In this document: one piece after another, positions 12,391-23,724 of the stretch
Numbering within the stretch: position 1 is the first letter of the stretch
How the letters are laid out: each line of letters starts with the position of its first letter
DNA from: Basidiobolus meristosporus CBS 931.73
Taxonomy: Eukaryota; Fungi; Basidiobolomycota
Length of the DNA stretch: 34,407 nt
Direction of reading: 5' to 3'
Assembly: GCA_002104905.1 (NCBI GenBank)
Contig: MCFE01000802.1
Span: 1 to 34,407 of the forward strand
Program-made: the position numbers and the translations under genes
The notes under the pieces: model-generated
What the model saw: the letters and a program-made list of their open reading frames with translations, nothing else
What the model was told of the DNA's origin: nothing
The model's database searches: none

Positions 12391-13206
12391 CCTGTTTCGG
12401 GCCATTCTCCCCGTACGCGCGTCGTATGTCCCTTGTGAGCTAACTAACCCGGCTCCTACCCTAACTCCACCACCGAACCCACTAAATTCCCGTGTAAATA
12501 TTTGCCGGTTGCTAACCCCGTCCCAACCATTCCGAATAGACCTTCATTCCTGTTGATATTTGCTGGCTTGACTGTAACTGTACCACTCCATATTCCTAAC
12601 ATCTAACCCCTTGACCGACTTGCAGCGTCGATGTAGATATTCTTTGATAGAGCAGCACCCCCTCCCCTCTAATATACATCTAACCCTGACTGTACCTACA
12701 TACCACACCTAAACCTAAAAGCCCGCTAGACGCGATTCCGTAGCACCGATTTAATCCAATTTAACAGGATGCGCAAATAAATTGGTTTCTCTGCTAATCA
12801 CACCCAATCCGACGCACTCCCTGGACCATTGCTATCATGAATCCCCATTCCCCCAACGACACGTGACCAAGCCGCAACCTTGGTGGCAGCTATGAGGATG
12901 GGTGAGCAAGCGACTAATTCTGTACTGATGAGCCTCAAGGCCAGACCGATGTTCCCTTCCGGCTCTGTACTGCTACGGGTGGGCTTAGCCCTCTGTGGCA
13001 TTCAACGACACTCGGCTTTTACATCGCCCTGAAGGCCAAGCGGAGATGGGCCCAGTGACGAGCGCACACATATCACATACAAGTCCACCCAAACATCGAC
13101 ACAAGCCGCATCCCGATAATGCGCCTCCAGGCAACGAACTGGTCAAATGATTAGATTATATATTACCGATTAGAATCCTATGATACAATGCTATCTCTTT
13201 CGCAGC

Positions 13207-16200
13207 CTATGCGGCGATCTCGATTTGTGACTGTTGGCCAGTTACCGGGATGCCGGCGCCGGATGGTCTGGTCTTCCCGGGGAGCCTCCTATCCACCGGT
13301 TGGGGATCAGGGTAGATCGCTGGCTTGTTAATGTCCAGGTCTCCCACAAACGTCGTGTTTTTACTGTCGAGCACGGTCAGCATTTTGGATCTTTTGTAGA
13401 TGACCTTACCGTCCAGGACGAACTCTAGGCCATCAAGTACCCAGGAATCCTTGAATATACCGAACTTCTCGAACTTGATGGCGAAGTGGCGTATCTGATT
13501 GGGCCTGAACACCCCGGCGACGTCGATGAAAAATGAGTCGGTGTCCCCACGCCCGAAGGATTGCCGAAGCAGGGATTCCAGGGGATAGACTCGCACGTAG
13601 TACGATTCTGGCCGGATGTCTCCCAGCTGAAGGCTGACCCGACCCCAGGTCCCCGCACCATCGAAGTGGTACCATGGGGCGAGGGAGTTCTTCCCCGTGA
13701 CAAGGGTTATTTGCATTAGTCTTAGATAGTTAGTGTTGGTGCTGGGGGGAAGCAACTCCTGGAGGAGATTGATGTAATTGAGAATGCGATGTCCCTCCCC
13801 CTTCCGGAGCCTGATGGCCGAAGGGACATGGTTGTAGCCAAGGGTGAACAGATTGACCGGAAGGCTATGTATAATACTTGCATCTCCATGGCAAACGTCA
13901 TCGCTCGGGTCTTGGAAATGATAGCCGCGCATGACAGTCTGAAGCGTGATCCAATACTGCCTAAACTCACTGTTCCCAACTGGCGGCGCTCCGTATGTCA
14001 GACACTGTACGAAATTGGGGCATCTGGGGCCGTAATGCTCCACGACGTAGGTGGTAATATCCAGGGAGCAGAGGATGGCCATAGCGCCCCCGAGGGAATG
14101 TCCCGTGACAAAGATATGCTCGATCTTTTCAGACCCGCCGATTTCCGCGATCAACGTGTCCAGGTTTTCGAAGATCTGGGATTTGAGTGCCGTGTAGTAG
14201 CGAAGGAATCCCCGATGCACTCGGATGTTGCTATACGACTTCTCAGCATAGAAGTCGGTCATCACCAGATCGATGTCGGCAAACACATCCTTCCAAGTCT
14301 TTGTGCCGCGGAAGGTTAGCACGATCGAGTTGGTGTTGCTGGCCAAGAACCCGAACGAGTCCTGAACCCTCCTTCCACCCTTCAGAAAGGCCTTGATGGT
14401 CAACCCCATGCTGTCCAGCCGTTCTTTGATCTTGTCTGGCGTATCATACGCGATGGAAGACAGGTTTGCACACAGTAGCGCGTTTTTTGTGAAATCCTTG
14501 TCCTGGCATGTGTCTGGAGTGGTGAGCGACCTTCTCCATACGCTACCGTCGCTCCCCAACCCCCATATGTTGTTGCTGTTACCTGTGTGTACACTTCTTA
14601 GCTTTCCGCTCTCAGTGGTGAACTTCCCGTTGCCGGCGTAGCGATAGACATCCATAAATGAGTCAGTTCCCCAGATAGCTCCATCGTTTCCAACCGTTAT
14701 GCTGTTCAGTCTGACCCTCGGGACGATTTTCCAGCCGTACTGCGAAGTGTACTGATAGACCTGGTTGTAGACAGTGATGGCCCAGATGTTTTCTGCGTTG
14801 CCAACGGCAATACTTTTTAGATTCCCTTGAACGTTCCTCCAGCTCAGTACCTTCTCTTCGTTTTCGCCTGAATCCATGTAGAATTCCTCTGGTACCACCC
14901 GCTTCCACCCATTTTCTGCTCTTTGCCAAAGATAGCCAGAAAGGTCGAGTCCCCAGATGACACCGTCTGAGCCGACGTTTACGCATTTGAATCCGTGAGA
15001 CTTTCCGTCCTTGACCCAAACGTTGTCCTGAAGTTGGTAGTATGCATCGCCCTCAACATCCACCGCCCAGATATTATTTCTCATTCCAACGGAGATGCAG
15101 GTGAACTGTCCACTGACCGGTTTCCACCACCCACTTCCTTCTGCACCCAAGCTCCAGACGGACTTGTCCTTGGCCAAAGCCCATACCGCGCCATCTCCAC
15201 TTACACTAAGGTCGCGAAATCCGCCAGTTTGGGCCAAGTCTCTTTCAGTACCATCCTCACAGACGCGGAGTGAAATTTTCTCCCATCCCACGTTGCCATT
15301 GAGATGAGATGCCTTCTCTGGCATAGGCAGCAGCCAATTTTCCACCCATGGTTCATCTGCAACTGATGCGTCGATGGTTTTGGAATAGAGCGTATTGAAG
15401 GAATCCACGCCAAACAGCCTCCACCCCTTCTCCGTTTGGACAATTGTGGTGTGGGTTAGCAGGTGATCGATGGAAAGATCCACCTTTTTCCAGCGGAACA
15501 TCGATAAATAGTTCAGGTAAATTTGAGTGGTTCCTTTGTCAGACTCCTGAATGTTTACTATCATCGGGTGTCCTGAGAAATGCAGCATGAGCTGCGTGAG
15601 TTGGCCCATGTTAACATCACCCTTCAGGATTCTCCTCGCCTTCCCCGTCTCAAAGTTCAAGGATAAGACATTACTGTTAGCGTCAAACACTAGTAGTCTT
15701 CCCTCCCCGATTTCTATGGGGAAATCAAGATATCTGTTAGTATTAATGGACAGATTATGTAGGACAGTGTATGTCGTGCTACCTGATGGCATGAAATTAT
15801 TCACGATCCCCGAGAATTTCCTATTTGCAAACTGCTGAACAGACATCACTCCAAATGGATTGTCGAGTTTAAGCTTCAATACGCTCCCATCCTCGGTCAT
15901 CCCGAACACTGCATCATCTTGTCCATGCAGCATACGAAGGCGCTTGGGCGGGCTAGGATCCATCGGGACCTCCCGCCATTCAGCGATGTTTTTCTCCTCA
16001 GTGGCCCCCAAAGTAATGATGTATACTTTCTCGTTGGTGCCCAGGGCGTACAGGGTGTTTCTATTGACAGCAATGGAGCATAGCGTAGTTGGGGGAACTC
16101 GTGGCCACGATTTGTTCCATACAGGTTCTGACTCAGAAGTGAAGTCCAAGCACCAGAGATCACTGTTCTCAGTAAGTAGTATTAGATGGCGACTCCAGTG

Positions 16201-16209
16201 CAGCATCAT
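13207..16209 (-). CDS. Intronless 1000-aa multidomain protein: divergent N-terminal propeller-like region + six tectonin-type beta-propeller repeats + class 3 lipase + PLAT/LH2 domain
   Basis: Six repeats of W-x(5-9)-[FL]-x2-[ILV]-x-[VT]-[GS]-x4-W-[GA] at about aa 309-560. Lipase_3 motifs FRGTKTWKD, VHRGF, VTGHSLGGA (Ser about 705), DDVC (Asp about 770), HRILNY (His about 807). PLAT signature ITLVTG...GAGT.G.VSLQL...FGRGDTDSF...WVLDGLEF. No signal peptide evident. Confidence 0.88.
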   Translation of the reverse strand: MMLHWSRHLILLTENSDLWCLDFTSESEPVWNKSWPRVPPTTLCSIAVNRNTLYALGTNEKVYIITLGATEEKNIAEWREVPMDPSPPKRLRMLHGQDDAVFGMTEDGSVLKLKLDNPFGVMSVQQFANRKFSGIVNNFMPSGSTTYTVLHNLSINTNRYLDFPIEIGEGRLLVFDANSNVLSLNFETGKARRILKGDVNMGQLTQLMLHFSGHPMIVNIQESDKGTTQIYLNYLSMFRWKKVDLSIDHLLTHTTIVQTEKGWRLFGVDSFNTLYSKTIDASVADEPWVENWLLPMPEKASHLNGNVGWEKISLRVCEDGTERDLAQTGGFRDLSVSGDGAVWALAKDKSVWSLGAEGSGWWKPVSGQFTCISVGMRNNIWAVDVEGDAYYQLQDNVWVKDGKSHGFKCVNVGSDGVIWGLDLSGYLWQRAENGWKRVVPEEFYMDSGENEEKVLSWRNVQGNLKSIAVGNAENIWAITVYNQVYQYTSQYGWKIVPRVRLNSITVGNDGAIWGTDSFMDVYRYAGNGKFTTESGKLRSVHTGNSNNIWGLGSDGSVWRRSLTTPDTCQDKDFTKNALLCANLSSIAYDTPDKIKERLDSMGLTIKAFLKGGRRVQDSFGFLASNTNSIVLTFRGTKTWKDVFADIDLVMTDFYAEKSYSNIRVHRGFLRYYTALKSQIFENLDTLIAEIGGSEKIEHIFVTGHSLGGAMAILCSLDITTYVVEHYGPRCPNFVQCLTYGAPPVGNSEFRQYWITLQTVMRGYHFQDPSDDVCHGDASIIHSLPVNLFTLGYNHVPSAIRLRKGEGHRILNYINLLQELLPPSTNTNYLRLMQITLVTGKNSLAPWYHFDGAGTWGRVSLQLGDIRPESYYVRVYPLESLLRQSFGRGDTDSFFIDVAGVFRPNQIRHFAIKFEKFGIFKDSWVLDGLEFVLDGKVIYKRSKMLTVLDSKNTTFVGDLDINKPAIYPDPQPVDRRLPGKTRPSGAGIPVTGQQSQIEIAA

Positions 16210-16404
16210 AGGCAGTCGACTGCAACGTGGGTTAGTATTGGCTCCGCTAGAATGCAGTGATTTCTAACTTACGGTGGATAGACGAAGTTGTTTTTAGACT
16301 CCTTTGGGAACGGCAGATCTAAACTGGGAAATAATCAGCATATTGTGGTGACGGTTTACGTTTCACCTATCTCCACTTCGCATGCACAAATAATCAAATG
16401 CCAC

Positions 16405-17052
16405 CTACCGGATTCTGCGTGGCTTATTTTGAACGGATTTCTTCAAACGAGACCACTTTCGAAGAAAGCGACGAATAAGTCTCAGGCACGTACGCTTGAT
16501 CTTCGGCTTGACTTCGACTAGAGAATCCAGAGTAGACTCGGCATTTTTGTCGTCGGAAATGTGCGTGGGCTCCCCCTCCTCTTCTGGTTCGTTTCCTGGC
16601 GATAGCTTCAGATAAGCATCAACCCATAGCCCAGCCGCAAGTGGATCATCAAAATGGAGTTGAAACTGACGTTTCCGGCTCTGAATATGTAGAGTACTCC
16701 CTGGTGTATCCGATGGCTGGATGAGTTCGAATCTTTGCACGTTGTTGCAGCTAATGATTTTTGGGTTCTCCAACTTTTCGGGGCTTTGGCAGATGAACAG
16801 CGTACGCGAGTCCATATTGACAGAGTTGTAGAACTCATAAATATCCTCCAGATCACACTGTGCCGCTCCGATGGCATGCCGTGTGAGCATCACCTGGGTA
16901 TCCTCGATACTAAGCGGGTGCTCATAAAGTATAAGGTAGCAGGGAATCTGGTCTTGAGTAGCATGGCCTTCGTATAAAATCAAGTGACTTGATGGTGTTT
17001 TTTGTGTGGGTGGCGGATTATCAAGCCTGTTGGCTCGCCGTAAAACAACCAT
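16405..17052 (-). CDS. Hypothetical 215-aa protein with a PH-like domain and a basic C-terminal tail
   Basis: ATG at 17052, uninterrupted ORF. The segment TLHIQSRKRQFQLHFDDPLAAGLWVDAYLKL resembles the last strands and Trp-containing helix of PH folds. It is followed by an acidic linker and a K/R-rich amphipathic tail. Confidence 0.6.
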   Translation of the reverse strand: MVVLRRANRLDNPPPTQKTPSSHLILYEGHATQDQIPCYLILYEHPLSIEDTQVMLTRHAIGAAQCDLEDIYEFYNSVNMDSRTLFICQSPEKLENPKIISCNNVQRFELIQPSDTPGSTLHIQSRKRQFQLHFDDPLAAGLWVDAYLKLSPGNEPEEEGEPTHISDDKNAESTLDSLVEVKPKIKRTCLRLIRRFLRKWSRLKKSVQNKPRRIR

Positions 17053-18143
17053 TAGTAGCTGGGGTTCGAGTCAGTTGGAGTTACTTCAGTGTAATGAAAT
17101 GGCTAAACGGTAGCTTTCGAATAGACGGCAAAGCAGGAAAAAAGCGATAAGCCCCCACTGGGTAACCGAAGGTATTTATATAACACTACGGCTCAGAGTG
17201 GTATTCGTTTGTCCACGATTGTACGCATATTGTGACGCCTCATTCAGAAAACTGGATCTTTGATTGGGATTTCAGAAAATCCCTTGAAGATTTCAGTGGA
17301 AACTCAAGGATGGATAAGCGGTCATGCCCCCAAACACCAAACTCCATTGGTGTTCTGCCTAAAGTGTCCGTGTAACCATTTCATGATGAGTTCGCACCAA
17401 CCCGGTATCTGGGCTTATATTGCAACTTTAATTCGCAAGAGCAAACAGATCCACTGAAACCAAAGTTAGTTGTGATGCATGAGGTAAGAAACAGTTAAAG
17501 TGATGGCAAAATATGGATACATACTCCAAATGGCAGTCATCATCATATCCAATAAAGCTAATATCTTAAGCCCGCCTTGCTATGGGTTGGTAGTGGATCA
17601 ATAGAATATAATCTCAGCTTGTGACTCCGCTAACGGTGGCACAGTCTCTCATATGGACATAACTGTTCATCATAAATAAATTGTCTATAGCGATTAGTTA
17701 CACCGTTGTTATTGTAAGGGAAACGCTGTGTCAGGGAGGAGCTTTCATGGCTTTTGGAGCAGTACGAACCTACAGCTGTAATCAGTCAATTTTAGCATGC
17801 CTTGATCGAAGAGCTGCAGATACTTTGTATGATTCAAGCTATGACAGGTACATAGCTGGAATCCCAGACAAATGACTTCCCAATCAACCGAGCTATTCGT
17901 AGTTGCCAGCTACTCCGCATCCAACAAATGCCGCTGCAATCAGCCCTTCCGAATCCCTTTAATTTAATAGAAATAGGCATTCCGAGATGTGGATGTCCCA
18001 CCATCTCAAATGCCTAAGTACTGCGTCTCCAGGACTTTTGATTTGCTCCATTCGTCTTGATGGATCATATAAAGGCGAGTGGAAGGCATGATAAATGATG
18101 GACGAGATCACGTGGCGAACGATTTAATTCAATCCGAGCGAAG

Positions 18144-18153
18144 TTCGCGCGTT
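18144..18153. promoter_or_regulatory. MCB/SCB-like CGCG element upstream of the MutL gene
   Basis: TTCGCGCGTT (reverse complement AACGCGCGAA contains ACGCG and CGCGAA) lies 40 nt upstream of ATG 18193. A CACGTG box is at 18109-18114 and TATAAA at 18068-18073. Short motifs, could be chance. Confidence 0.3.
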
Positions 18154-18192
18154 GTATTCTGTCGAATTCTTAATGTATCAGTGCTGTAAAGA

Positions 18193-21100
18193 ATGATCCA
18201 GCCATTAGAAAAGGAAACAGTCAGAAAAATAAGTTCAGGGCAGGTGATCATCGAGGTCGACAATGTAGTCAAGGAGCTTTTTGAGTAGGTATCTTCCTCC
18301 ATTACAGCCTGTTTCAACTGGTTTCCCCGGCTTACTCATTGGCTGATTCTTTCTTTTCCAACAAGAAACGCCTTAGATGCCAAGGCGACCTCAATCACCG
18401 TCCGACTTGTCGATGGAGGTCTCACCTCAATCTCGGTATACGTTCAGAAGTAGATTGCTCATTCTTTGTCTAATTTGCTAATAGACCGTTTGAAGGTCAA
18501 GGATAACGGTCAGGGTATACCAATCTCGGATCGTCCTAATATGGCTAAACGTTATTATACTTCCAAAATTGAGAAATTTGAAGACTTGGATTCGGTTTCT
18601 TCGTATGGGTTTCGAGGTTGGTATTGCATTCCTGTTGAGCTTGAACAGAGCTTCTAAAATCGCTTGTTTATTAAGGCGAGGCCTTAAACTCCATATGTGC
18701 TGCTTGTCAGCTTGTTCAGATCACAACGAAAACGCCGGAAGACCCGACAGCCATCATATACGATTTAGATAAAACTGGTGCAATCGTGAGGTTTTCCTTT
18801 CTATGCATCTATCAATAGCGTTTTCGGCAATGTTAACCATATTGTTCCGCTTTCCAGTTCGAAATCTGTTGGAGGAGAGCAAGGAACAACAGTCAACGCT
18901 CTTAAACTCTTTCAATACTTTCCTGTCAGAAGACAGGTACAAAATTAGAGCTAGAGAATGTGCTCGGATACGATTACTCATGATACTTTTCTGGCCGTCA
19001 GGTTGCTCAAAAGACCGTGAACAATGCCATTAAGCGGATCATGGACTGCCTCATGTCGTATGCTTTGATTCACCCCACCATCAGACTATCGTTTAAGAAT
19101 ACCGAAGTGAGTACCAAGAAACGAGGACCAAACAAAAAAGAGTGGATCAAAATCAGCACCAAACATATCATGGAATCGATCACGGCTGTTTTTGGCAAAG
19201 AGCTCACCTCACAGCTTCTCCACAAAACTGAAGCCATCTGTGATTCAAACAATGATGCAACCGGGGTCACTTTGGAGGTTGTTCTGCCTAAGCGGGATTC
19301 AGGTGTCGTGTCGTATGGCTATCTCAGGCGACGGACAGTTCACTGATCTTTCGTATCCTAATAGATTCAGCGATTGTGTGCAAGGGTGATAGATCGTTCT
19401 TCTATATTAATGAGAGGCCTGTTTCAGCTAACAAAGGGGAGATGAAGCAGATCCTCGGAAAGATTCGGGACAAGTACAACAGTATCTCACAAGAGGATGC
19501 CGGTAAGTAAGAGGGAGGTGTTATGCTTGTCTTTCCATGGCCACATCGTATTTATGCCACTGAACATCAGGGACCAAAAAGTCTCCATTCGTGCTGTTCC
19601 ACATCAGGCTACCGTTGGGAAGTTTCGATGGTAGTGTATATTTCCCATCTCATTCTGGCTTCAACTTAATTAATGCATGCATCCTTTAAAGTGAATGTGG
19701 AACCAAGCAAAAATGTTGTGTTGCTTCATCGGCCGGAGGCAATATTTCAAATTGTCGACGATTTTCTTGACGAGTTTTATGCCGAAAGCGCCCCTATTCC
19801 ACCACAAACGATCGCAAATGAGGGCGCTTCGACCCCAGCTTCACCAGAGTAGGTGGCAGATCCCAAGATTTTGTTGGGTTTGTACTAACCTTTCCGCATA
19901 GAGCGCAACGACAACAGCCCGAGCAAGTCACAAATGAGCATACATTGCGGCGTGAGGAAGAAGCGGGTATCTCTCGCATAGAAGAGCTGCCTCAGGGAGC
20001 TGACCCAGAACCGCATTCAAACATAGTTTCAGCAGACACAGAATCAACGCCTGCTGCGGCACAACCTATGCCGAACAATGAGGACGGGGTCCAGTTGAGA
20101 GGAATATTCAACGATAACCGCGATACTTCAGATGATAAGTTGAGCTTTTTACCCACCAAGCTGATTGCTCGTGAGGATTGGAGTAAAGGCCATGTGGAGG
20201 GTCTAAATAATCCAGTTCTTGTCTGTAGCGCAAATGCCGGATTAGAGAATGATGAAAAGGAATTGGCCGAAGTTTCACGCAACCGCAGAGCTGGAGATTC
20301 TCTTTCCAGACCATCTCTTCGCCTTGGTCATTCTAACGACTCGAACACTTCTAAAATATATAACCATCCTATAGCTGGCCCATCAAGAGCCTTCGATGAT
20401 TCATCCAAATCATTGGACAACGCTTTGACCGGTGTGGAGTTTGAATCGAATCCCTTTGTATCACATTACTCTTCGAACAGAGTATCAGCCTCCTCTCCAT
20501 TTACATTAAAGCTAAACTCCAGTGCAGATAATGAGCCAGACCTGGACGAGGAGTTCTCGCCTGAGCGACTGAAAACCTCGTCTGTTACTTTCAATGACGA
20601 TCTCAACCGCACCAGTGCCGATGGCCCTCAGTCTAGCCCAAAGTTTACGCCGTCGTCACGGCATTATCCTATATTCGACCCGGAGCATAGGAGGAGTCGA
20701 ATGGAGGCAGAGCAGGCATATCCCAGTGATGATGATGATGATGAGTCCTATTCCGTAAAGCGAAAGAGTGTTGTTACTACCACATTAACCCCTACAAAAC
20801 GGCATCGAGCCAAGCTGAACCCATTCGAACGGCTAATGGATGCCAATCAGCTTACTCTTCACGAACTACTCAAATCGCCAAGCTCTTGCAAGATGGTAAG
20901 TCGTAAACGAGCACTCGGAATGGTCGACACCCTTCATGAAGAGCTCTCGCACACCTTCAATTTATCGGCTACCGGTCGGAAGTACCGTACCATTAGAAAA
21001 AGATGGGAGAAGAAAGCAAGTGCTCGAGATGAGAACGACCTACTCCCGCAGCCTCTTTATCGCTTTATTGGGAACGTCGACAAATTCTGGGTTATCAAGA

Positions 21101-21808
21101 ACGAGAACGATCTGCTGATTGTGGATCCCATCAGGTATTTCATATTCACCTGACGCTATGAGCATCACCGACTCTAACACTGATAGCTCACAGGTCCCAA
21201 TATCCCTACCTACACACGAAGCTGATGGAAAGCTATGAGTTCGCTCTGGCGCCTCTCGAATCTCCCATCCTTGTCTCACCAAAGTAGGTTTACTTGCCAG
21301 ACTCGCCTAGGAGGAGTGTATTAACCTTTCTATAGCTCTATCGGAGGGCTTGTGAATCTCAATTTTCTCAGCAAGCTCCCTTCAACCGAGGAAGGATTTC
21401 GCTATACCATTCAAGACCGTCGGGTGTTGGCCAATGGATTCGAGCTTTGTTTGACCAAAGGTAGGGCTCATTTCAGAATTCCTGCTGAAGCAGTGCCCAC
21501 TGACCTTTAGATGGCTAGGTCCTGCGAACAAGACTCCGCTCCTCGAAGTGACCGCCATGGCCACGCAGCTACCCACCCTCGGCATTTCAGATTTGTCCGA
21601 GTTGATCTCACTCTTGGTTGAGCACAAGTCCAGCCAAGACCTGACGAAAACTCGCATCGCGAAGGCGGTGGCGTTCTTCGAAGAGGAAAGCAACCGGCTG
21701 GCCAAACTCAGCCTTCAAAACGAACACATCCAGGAAATAGTCAATGAGATTTTCCCCATCGATGATCCATCACAAGAGATCACGAAGGTCATTTGGTCAA
21801 TGAAATAA
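18193..21808 (+). CDS. PMS1: MutL-family mismatch repair protein of the human-PMS1 (yeast Mlh2-like) type, 13 exons, about 956 aa
   Basis: Exons 18193-18284, 18366-18435, 18496-18616, 18676-18790, 18858-18936, 19002-19302, 19365-19502, 19571-19630, 19692-19848, 19902-21134, 21194-21283, 21336-21460, 21519-21808; phases are consistent. GHKL ATPase motifs VKELFENALDA, VKDNGQG, YGFRGEAL, QGTTV, PVRRQ, DVNVEPSK. C-terminal PLESPIL, DRRVLANGF and LPTLGISDL recall human PMS1. The symbol refers to the human nomenclature, not yeast PMS1. Confidence 0.88.
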
Positions 21809-22224
21809 GCCCCAGAGCTACACGGCTCATTTGTATATCGTAGAGTGGCGGCTGATCTTTCTGATGGTGGTTGCCTCCATTGTTGCCTCCAATAAAGAGC
21901 CAGGCTGTTTAATAGACCTGTGGTGTAATCTATATTGCTTAACTGCTTTCCCCCAGGTTTTTACTCGACACCCTAGTTGTGGAAATGTTGGATATGAGGG
22001 CTTTTTTGTCCATGGGATAAGAGTCTGGTCTGCGATAACGGATGCCAGAGATCTGACACGGACGCATGTATTTGACACACCCATGCTGTCTGGCTTCATC
22101 ACTCAGCGCATTGCACACCCAAGTTCGAATGGGAACACATCATGATGTCAGCTTGTCTTGGGTGGGCAGAGAAGGTAAACCAAGCAGTATGATAATAAAT
22201 TAAACCTTTAATTCAAAAGTCCAT

Positions 22225-23724
<1,500 letters not shown>

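Noticed and set aside
12925-12946. Hammerhead-like CTGATGA followed by a GCC-TCAA-GGC hairpin
   Set aside because: It is followed by CAGAC instead of the invariant GAAA, and I could not form stems I and III or place a cleavage triplet.
13789-14319. 176-aa plus-strand ORF overlapping the lipase domain
   Set aside because: Antisense shadow of a well-supported gene with no recognisable motifs. The same applies to the many shadow ORFs over the GH31, SSADH, kinase and MutL genes.
21831-22145. 104-aa hydrophobic ORF between the convergent MutL and QTRT1 genes
   Set aside because: It starts 23 nt after the MutL stop with a non-ATG codon, lies in probable 3' UTR sequence and has no motif.
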